From positions 1-64,000 of the forward strand of contig JASGJN010000019.1 of assembly GCA_049840735.1 (NCBI GenBank): a stretch of 64,000 nucleotides of DNA. Direction: 5' to 3'. Below the pieces are notes generated by a model. The model did no database searches. It saw only the letters and a program-made list of their open reading frames with translations, and was not told the origin of the DNA. A program made the translations under genes and the position numbers. This stretch comes from Anaeromyxobacter sp. GTDB lineage: Bacteria > Myxococcota > Myxococcia > Myxococcales > Anaeromyxobacteraceae. This document shows, one piece after another, positions 56,338 to 64,000 of this stretch (the stretch's first letter is position 1; every line of letters begins with the position of its first letter).

Positions 56338-58369
56338 ATGTCCCGGATCCTCCACCTGGCGCCCTGCCTCGCGCTGCTGGCGCTCGCCGGCTGCAAGTCC
56401 GTCCAGGAGCCGCTGAGCTGCGAGACCTCCGACCAGTGCCCCTCGGGCTCCACCTGCGAGCGCGGCTACTGCCACGAGGGCGTGGGCATCGCCATCGCCT
56501 CTCCCACCGGGCCGATCTGGACCAGCGGCGCGGTGGACATCCAGGTCGAGGTGGCGGCCGAGGTCTCCGCGGTGCGGATCGTGGTGGACGAGGAGGAGCG
56601 GGGCCGCGTCTCCGCCCCCTTCCTCTACACGCTGGACACGACCACGCTGGCCGAGGGCCGTCGCGAGGTCTGGGCCGAGGCCATCGTGAACGGGCAGCGC
56701 TTCCCCAGCACCCACCTCGAGGTGAACGTGGACCGGACGAAGCCGCTGCCCCCCACCTTCACCTCGCCCGCGGCCACCAACCTGCAGCCGGTGCCGCTGC
56801 AGGGCACCACGGAGGGCAGCGCGCGCGTCCAGCTCCGGTACGGCGGCGCGCCGGTCGGCGACGCGATCCAGGCCACGGCCGGCGGCGCGTGGGTCACGAC
56901 CATGGCCCTCGCCCCCGGCGCGCACGTGTTCGAGGCCACCGCCAGCGATCGCGCGGGGAACACCTCGGCCCCGGCCAGCTGGACCGTGACCGTGGACCGG
57001 ACCAGCCCCTCCGTGCTCACCCGGGCGCCCAGCGGCGACTCGGTCCTCTCCCGCACGGCCGTGGTGGTCACGTTCGACGAGCCCATGCGGCCGGGCAGCG
57101 TGACGGCCTCCTCGCTGGTGGTCACGGCCAGCGGCGGCCAGGCGCCCGCGATGGGCGCGCCGGCGCTCTCGTCGGACGGGCTGACGCTGACCGTCCCGGT
57201 GCTGACGGCAGGCACCGTCCCCAACAGCCTCACCGCCACGCTCTCCGGCCTCACCGACCTGGCCGGCAACGCGCTCCCGGTGGACAGCTGGTCCTGGGGC
57301 ACGCCGGAGTGGGTGCCGCTGGGGACGCGGATGTACATCGGCGCGGAGGCCCTCAGCTACGACTGGGCGCTGCTGCCCAGCGGATCTGCCGTGATGGTCG
57401 CCCAGGATGACTACGCCAGCTGCGCCAACAGGGTGCAGCTGTGGTCCGGCGACGCCTGGACGCTGCTGGCGCCGCCCAGCCACGGCGGCTCGATCTGGTA
57501 CTGCGGCGGCTCCTCGGTGGCGGCCGACCTGCAGGGCGGGGTCCTGCTGGCGTCGGTCCACCGGATCGGCGGCGTGGAGCAGCTCTACGTCGATCGCTAC
57601 CAGGACGGCACCTGGGTGACGCTGGGCGGCGCGCTCAACATGGACGCGACCCACCCCGCGGCCCGGCCGGTGATCCGCGTGGACAGCGCCGGCACGCCCT
57701 TCGTGCTCTGGCGCGACCGTGAGCGGGACCGCCCACCTGTTCGCCTCCAGCTGGAACGGCACGACCTGGGAGCGCCGGTCGGGGGACGAGAGCGACGGCT
57801 TCGACCTGCACGGCGGCGTGACCGACTACGATCTGGGCATGGGACCAGGCGGGCGGGTGTCGGTCCTGTCCACCAGTGGCGGCAACCCCAAGCTCAACCG
57901 GCTCCAGGGGACCTCGACCACGCCCAACCCGCACTACTGGCCTGGCCCCGCGGCCGCCGAGGTCGCGATCACGGTGGACGCCTCCGGGTTGGAGCTGGTG
58001 GCCGTGACCACCAGCGGTAAGGTCTCCACCTGGCGTCCGATCTGGAGCGGCGCCTCTCCGAGCTGGGCCCAGATCGGCAATCCCATCGGCACGAGCGCGA
58101 CCCGCCCCACCCTCGTGTACCGGCCGGCGGCCGTGCAGGGACAGCAGCTGTTCCTCGGATACCTCGACTCGCAGCCGCGCGTGTCCGCCTTCGACGGCAA
58201 CGGCTGGAGCAACGTCGGCGGAGGCCTCGGGCCCATGCAGGGAACCCTGCACTGGGGTGGCCTGTGCCTGTCCACGAACGCCAGCGGCGGGCTGGCTGCG
58301 CTCTGGGGAGAGGTCGGCGTCGGCTCCTATACGTCGCCCACGATGGTCACCAAGGTCTACAACCGCTGA
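56338..58369 (+). CDS. Lipoprotein with Cys-rich N-terminus, bacterial Ig-like domains and Trp-rich C-terminal repeats; frameshift at ~57718
   Basis: Lipobox LAGC; CETSDQCPSGSTC..GYC; A.DRAGN.S, VDRT.P.V, VTFDEPM and TDLAGN; W..LG repeats. Confidence 0.78.
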
Positions 58370-58475
58370 GCGGCTGGGCAGCCGCCCCGGGGCGGGGCAG
58401 GGTGAGACGAGGCGTGTAGCCCCGTCGCGCGCACCGGCAGCAAGGGACTTCCCCGTCCCTCGCTTTCCGCGGAAG

Positions 58476-60330
58476 ATGCCCGGAATGTCCCCCCGAGACC
58501 CCGGTCCCGATCGGCAGGAACGCCGCGCGCGCGGCGTCACCGCGCGGCTGCTCCAGGGAAAGGGCCGGGTGGGCGCGCCCCGCTTCGGCCAGGCCTTCAC
58601 CATCGGCACGGCGCCCTCCTGCGACGTCCAGGTGGACGCCCCCGGCCTTCCGCCGGTCCACGCCGAGGTGCTGCCGGACGGGATCCTCTGGTGGATCCGC
58701 GACCTCTCCGGCGGGCCCGGGACCTTCGTCAACGGCGCCCGCGCGCAGATGGTGCCGCTGCGGGATCGCGCCGAGGTGGAGCTGGGCAAGGGCGGCCCGC
58801 GCCTCGAGCTGGTGGTGCAGAAGGCGGGACGGGGGGAGGAGGACGAGGAGCAGGAGGAGGACGACGACGACGAGGAGGCGCCGCAGCCGGCCGCCCCCGC
58901 TCGGCCCTCGCCCTTCGACTCCGCGAGCCCTGCGGGCTCGCTACGCTCAGGGCGAACGGATCGGGACCCCCAGCCGCCGGCAGCTTCGCAGCCCGGCCCG
59001 AAGCCGCCCGTCGCGACGCTCATCACCCCCGTCCCGCAGAAGGGCGCACCGCCGCCGGTGAAGACCGAGCTCCAGCCGGCCCGCCCTGCCACGGGAAAGG
59101 GCCAGCCCCCGCCCCCGCGCCCGGACGACGACGATGACGCCCCCACGGTGAAGCGCCCGCCGCGCAAGGGCGCCGCCGAGCCCGGGCCCAGCGGGAAGCC
59201 CGCCACGGAGAAGGACCTGCTGCGCCGCTTCCTGCGCAAGGACGCGCCCGGCGCGGCGGTCGGCCACGAGACCATGATGTTCCGCAAGGCGCTGGCCACC
59301 GCCAAGAAGCGGTCGCTGCTACCCTGGCAGATCCTGGCCTCGGTGGCGCTCACCGCGGCGCTGCTGGCGGCCGGCGTCATCTACCACCAGCAGCGCAAGC
59401 TCACCGAGCTGCGCGCCAGCGCCGAGAAGCTCTTCTACGCCTCCCGCGCCATGGAGGTGGAGGTGGCCCAGCTCGAGGAGATCGTGCTGGCCCACACCGA
59501 CCGGAAGGTCCTGCAGGAGCTGCTGGACCGGAAGTCCAGGCACGCCGCGCTGGAGGCCGAGTACGACAGCTTCGTGCGCGAGCTGGGCGTCTACGCCAAG
59601 GCCTCGCGCGACGAGCAGGTGATCATGCGCGTGGCCCGCGCCTTCGGCGAGTGCGGAATCGGCATGCCGAAGGACTTCGTGGCCCAGGTGCGGATCTACG
59701 TGGACCGCTGGCGCACCTCCAACCGGCTGGCCAACGCCCTGAAGCGCTCGGCGGCGCGCGGCTACGGCCCGGCCATCCAGCGCGTCTTCGTGGAGGCCGG
59801 GCTGCCCCAGGCAGTACGTCTACCTGCCGCTGCAGGAGAGCGGCTACGACGACCGCGCGGTGGGCCCGCCCACCCGCTACGGCCACGCCAAGGGCATGTG
59901 GCAGTTCATCTCCGCCACCGCCACGCGCTACGGCCTGCAGATCGGTCCGCTCTACAATCAGCCGGCCTACGACCCGCGCGACGACCGGTTCGACTGGCAG
60001 AAGGCCACCACCGCGGCCGTGCGCTACATCAAGGAGCTGAACGCCGAGGAGGCCCAGGCCTCCGGGCTCCTGGTCCTGGCCTCCTACAACTGGGGCGAGA
60101 CGCACGTCCGGGAGACCATCGAGAGCCTCCCGGCCAACCCGCGGGAGCGGAACTTCTGGCGGCTGCTCCGTGACCGGCGCGTCCCGAAGGAGACCTACGA
60201 CTACGTCATGTCGATCTTCTCGGCCGCCGTGATCTGCGAGGATCCGAAGCTTTTCGGCTTCGACCTGACCTGCCCCGAGCTGCAGGAGCTGGACGTACGT
60301 CCGGCCAGCGGCGCCCCCGCGCGGCAGTGA
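58476..60330 (+). CDS. FHA - Pro/acidic linker - TM - lytic transglycosylase (SLT/MltD-like) protein; frameshift at ~59810
   Basis: FHA-like IG.....DV......HA......RDL....GTFVNG; TM; LPLQESGY, AKGMWQF...TA.RYGL, D.R.D..KAT.AA..Y and ASYN.GE. Confidence 0.85.
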
Positions 60331-60485
60331 GCCACAGCCGGCCGGCCCTGGCCCGTCGATCCCCGTCCTGGGGGTGAAACAGCCGCATGGCCAGACCCCT
60401 CGTTTCGAGGGATACTGACCGGACCGGCAGTGCACACAGGATGGGCCCCGGCCACGCGCAGCGCGGCCGTCGGGAGGGGAACCGC

Positions 60486-63106
60486 ATGCGCGTCGAGGCT
60501 CGCTCGCTGGTCCGGAAGCTCACCCCCACCGCCACCCGCGCGCTCGAGGCCTCGGTGGGCCGCGCCGCCCAGGGCGGCTACTACGAGCTGACGGTGGAGC
60601 ACCTGCTCTCGTCGCTGCTCGAGCCGGACGAAGGCGACGTCGCGCTGCTGATGCAGGCGCACGGCGCCAATCGCCGCCGGCTGGCCGGCGCGGTGGAGCG
60701 GGTCCTCTCCGCCATGAAGACCGGCAACCCGGGGCGCCCGGTCATCTCGGAGAGCGTCTTCACCTGGCTGGAGGAGGCCTGGCTGACCGCGTCGGTGGAC
60801 CTGGGCGCGTCCAAGCTGCGCACCGGCCACCTGCTGCTGCAGCTGGTCGCCAAGCCCGACCGCTACACCGGCGACTCCTACGCGGTGCTGGAGGAGCTGG
60901 ACGAGAAGGCCATGAAGGCCGGGCTGGAGGACCTGCTGGCCGGCAGCCCGGAGGCGCACGAGGCGCTGGTGGAGGGCGCGGCGGCGCCGGGCGGCGAGGG
61001 TGCTCCCGGCAAGCCCGGGCAGGCCGGCGGTGAGGCGCTGGCGCGCTTCGCCACCAACTTCACGCAGCGCGCCCGCGACGGCAAGATCGACCCCATCTTC
61101 GGCCGCCACCGCGAGATCCGCCAGGTGATCGACATCCTGGCCCGCCGCCGCAAGAACAACCCCATCATCGTGGGCGAGCCGGGCGTGGGGAAGACCGCGC
61201 TGGTCGAGGGGCTGGCGATCGCCATCGCCGCGGGCGACGTGCCGGACGCGCTGAAGGAGGTCGAGCTGCTGGGGCTCGACCTGGGGCTGCTCCAGGCCGG
61301 CGCCAGCGTGCGCGGCGAGTTCGAGAACCGGCTCAAGGCGGTCATCTCGGAGGTGAAGGCCTCGGCCCGGCCCATCATCCTCTTCATCGACGAGGCCCAC
61401 ACCATGATCGGCGCCGGCGGCACGGCCGGCGGCAGCGACGCGGCCAACCTGCTCAAGCCGGCGCTGGCGCGCGGCGAGCTGCGGACCATCGCGGCCACCA
61501 CCTGGAGCGAGTACAAGAAGTACTTCGAGAAGGACGCCGCCCTGGAGCGGCGCTTCCAGCCGGTCAAGGTGGACGAGCCCTCCGACGAGGACGCGGTGGT
61601 GATGCTGCGCGGCCTGCGCGCCGCCTACGAGGCGGCGCACGGGGTGGTGATCCGCGACGAGGCCATCACCGCCGCCGTGACCCTGTCCCGCCGCTACCTC
61701 TCCGGCCGGCAGCTGCCGGACAAGGCGGTGGACCTGCTCGACACCGCCGCCGCCCGCGTCAAGATCGCCCTGGCCGCCCGGCCGGAGGCGCTGGTGGCGG
61801 CGCAGGAGGAGATCGCCGCCCTGGAGCGGGCCCGCGCCGCGGTGACCCGCGACGTGACCGACGGCCAGCGCAAGGAGGACGGCGCGGTGGCCGACCTCGA
61901 CGCCCGCCTGGCGGCGGCGCGCGACCGCGTGGCGGGGCTGGAGACGCGGCTGGGCGCGGAGCGCGCGGCGGTGGAGGCCCTGCGCGCGGCGCGGGCCGCG
62001 CTGGCCGAGGGGAAGGGCGACCGGGCCGCGGTGGACGCGGCGGCGGAGGCGCTGGCCAAGCTGCAGGGCGAGCGCCCGCTGCTCCACGCCGAGGTGGACG
62101 CCGACGCGGTGGCCCGCGTGATCGAGGCCTGGACCGGCGTGCCGGCGGGCAAGATGCGCTCGGGGCAGATCCAGGCGGTGCTGGAGGTCGAGCAGCGGCT
62201 CACCGAGCGCGTGAAGGGGCAGCCGGAGGCGGTGAAGGCGGTGGCCGAGGCGCTGCGCATCTCGCACGCCGGCATCCGCAACCCGGGCGCGCCGGTGGGC
62301 GTGCTGCTCTTCGTGGGCCCCAGCGGCGTGGGCAAGACCGAGACCGCGGTGGCGCTGGCCGACCTGCTCTACGGCGGCGAGCGGTTCATGACCCAGATCG
62401 CCATGAGCGAGTTCCAGGAGAAGCACTCGGTCTCGCGGCTGATCGGCTCGCCCCCGGGCTACGTCGGCTACGGCGAGGGCGGCCGGCTCACCGAGGCGGT
62501 GCGGCAGCGCCCGTACTCGGTGGTGCTGCTGGACGAGTGCGAGAAGGCCGACCTGGAGGTGATGAACCTCTTCTACCAGGTGTTCGACAAGGGCACCCTC
62601 ACCGACGGTGAGGGGCGCGAGGTGGACTTCAAGAACACCCTGGTGATCCTCACCTCCAACCTGGCCACCGACCTGATCATGGCGGCCTTCGACGACGAGG
62701 AGAAGCCCACCGCCGAGCAGGTGGCGGCCGCCATCCGGCCCATCCTCTCCAAGCACTTCAAGCCGGCGCTGCTGGCCCGCATGACCATCGTCCCCTTCGC
62801 GCCGCTGCCGAAGGACGTGCTGAAGGGAGATCGTCCAGCTCAAGCTGGGCGCGCTGGCGAAGCGGCTCACCGCCAGCCACGGCATCCAGGCCGCCTTCGC
62901 GCCGGAGCTGGTGGACCACCTGGCCGGCCGCTGCCAGGACCCGGGAGACCGGCGCCCGCAACGTGGACCACGTGCTGCGCGGCGGGCTCATGTCCGACCT
63001 CGCCCGCGCGCTGCTGGAGCGGATGGCCTCCGGCACCCCCGCCGCCCGCGTGGCGGTGGCGGTGGACGCCCAGGGCGCCTTCCAGATCACCTTCGACGAG
63101 GCCTGA
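60486..63106 (+). CDS. tssH: T6SS AAA+ ATPase ClpV/TssH; frameshifts at ~62826 and ~62945
   Basis: ALE.....A....YEL.VEH.L N-domain; IDILARRRKNNP, GEPGVGKT, LQAGASVRGEFENRLK, GPSGVGKTETA, MSEFQEKHSVSRL.GSPPGYVG and F.PALLAR. Confidence 0.94.
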
Positions 63107-63109
63107 GCC

Positions 63110-64000
63110 ATGCTCGCCCTGCACGTCCGTGTCCAGGAGCTCGACGGCGGCGGGACCCACGAGACCTACGCGTTCCACCGCTCGCCGGTGCGCGTGGGGC
63201 GGGGCGAGCTGAACGACCTGCGGCTTGACTATCCGTACGTCTCGAACTGGCACGGGCTGATCCAGTTCGACGACGAGGGGATCCGCTTCGTGGACCTGGG
63301 GTCCACCAACGGCTCGTTCCTGGACGGCGTGCGGCTGGACAAGAACGTCCAGGCCACCATCCAGCCCAGCCACGAGCTCCTGCTGGGCCGGCTGCAGCTG
63401 GTGCTGAGCCGCGAGAGCGCCGAGGCGCACGCGCCGGCGCCGCCGGCCCCGCCGCACTCGGTGACGATGTTCGCCCGGCGCGTGGCGCTGGACCAGGCCG
63501 TGGCCGGCGCCCTCTCCGGCCGGCTGGAGAAGCTGGCCCGCGAGGAGGCGGGCGCGCCTGCCCTCCCGGTCGAGCCGGCGGCTCCGCACGTCGAGGCCGC
63601 GCACGCGCCGGCGCCGCACCTCCCGGCGCCCCCGCCTCCATCTCCGCTCCCGCCCCCGCCGCCTGCGCCGGTGGCCGACAGCCCGGCCCTGCTGGCCGCA
63701 CTGGACACCGCCTCCTGGCAGCTGGGCGTGCTGCACGACGCCTGCAAGCAGGCCGACGAGAACTTCACGGCGGCGCTGGACCAGGCCATCGCCTTCCTGA
63801 GCGAGCCGGAGCAGGCCCGCGCCCGGGTGCTCGCGGCCGAGCGCTTCCCGAACGCGCCGGGCCAGCCCGCCGCCGCCGCGCCGCCGGCCTGGGCGGCCCC
63901 GGCTCCGGTGGTTCCGGATCAGGCGGCCCCGCCCCGCTCGGACTCCGTTCGCGGTGAGCCTGTCGAACCGCGAACGGGGGCTGAATGGGGCCCAGGACGG
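63110..64000 (+). CDS. FHA-domain protein (TagH/Fha-like), open to the window end
   Basis: VRVGR...NDL.L....VS..H..I........DLGSTNGSFLDG, then a Pro/Ala-rich linker; no stop before 64000. Confidence 0.85.
   Translation, partial: MLALHVRVQELDGGGTHETYAFHRSPVRVGRGELNDLRLDYPYVSNWHGLIQFDDEGIRFVDLGSTNGSFLDGVRLDKNVQATIQPSHELLLGRLQLVLSRESAEAHAPAPPAPPHSVTMFARRVALDQAVAGALSGRLEKLAREEAGAPALPVEPAAPHVEAAHAPAPHLPAPPPPSPLPPPPPAPVADSPALLAALDTASWQLGVLHDACKQADENFTAALDQAIAFLSEPEQARARVLAAERFPNAPGQPAAAAPPAWAAPAPVVPDQAAPPRSDSVRGEPVEPRTGAEWGPGR
63945..63977. repeat. REP-like palindromic element inside the FHA gene
   Basis: CCGTTCGCGGT-GAGCCTGTCGA-ACCGCGAACGG, perfect 11-bp arms. Confidence 0.65.

Overview
The window has two compositionally different myxobacterial-type segments joined at about 25,370-25,380. 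Left (1-~25,375; GAA/TCG-rich codons): housekeeping and accessory genes, including cysS, a MAPEG protein, an M28 peptidase, uvrB, two hydrolases, a CBS protein behind a sigma54-type promoter, a Ser/Thr kinase-TPR protein, lipoproteins, two putative papain-like Cys-His proteins, an ECF42-type sigma/DGPF operon, rlmI, zwf and opcA. Right (~25,379-64,000; higher GC, almost only GAG/CTG): a type VI secretion locus with a 3' tssC fragment, hcp, tssE/F/G, tssH/clpV and an FHA gene. Between tssG and tssH lies a ~30 kb accessory insert. It holds a VgrG-less tip module (DUF2169, DUF4150/PAAR-like, DUF6484) and two ketosynthase-like adaptors each coupled to an AHH nuclease toxin. It also holds three toxin-Imm11-Imm49 triads (the third an orphan flanked by an 89-bp direct repeat) and a 0.6 kb patchwork of diverged gene fragments. 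Finally it holds two kinase / PEGA-TPR / Cys-rich lipoprotein sets and an FHA-TM-lytic transglycosylase. The best candidate for an undescribed system is the apparent operon kinase-STAND > TPR-PEGA > Cys-rich lipoprotein > RCC1 lipoprotein > adaptor > AHH toxin > Imm11 > Imm49. Many genes, including cysS, uvrB and zwf, carry 1-bp frameshifts that are most likely long-read sequencing errors. Family assignments come from motif recognition by eye, not database searches. No rRNA, tRNA, CRISPR array, integrase or transposase was seen.
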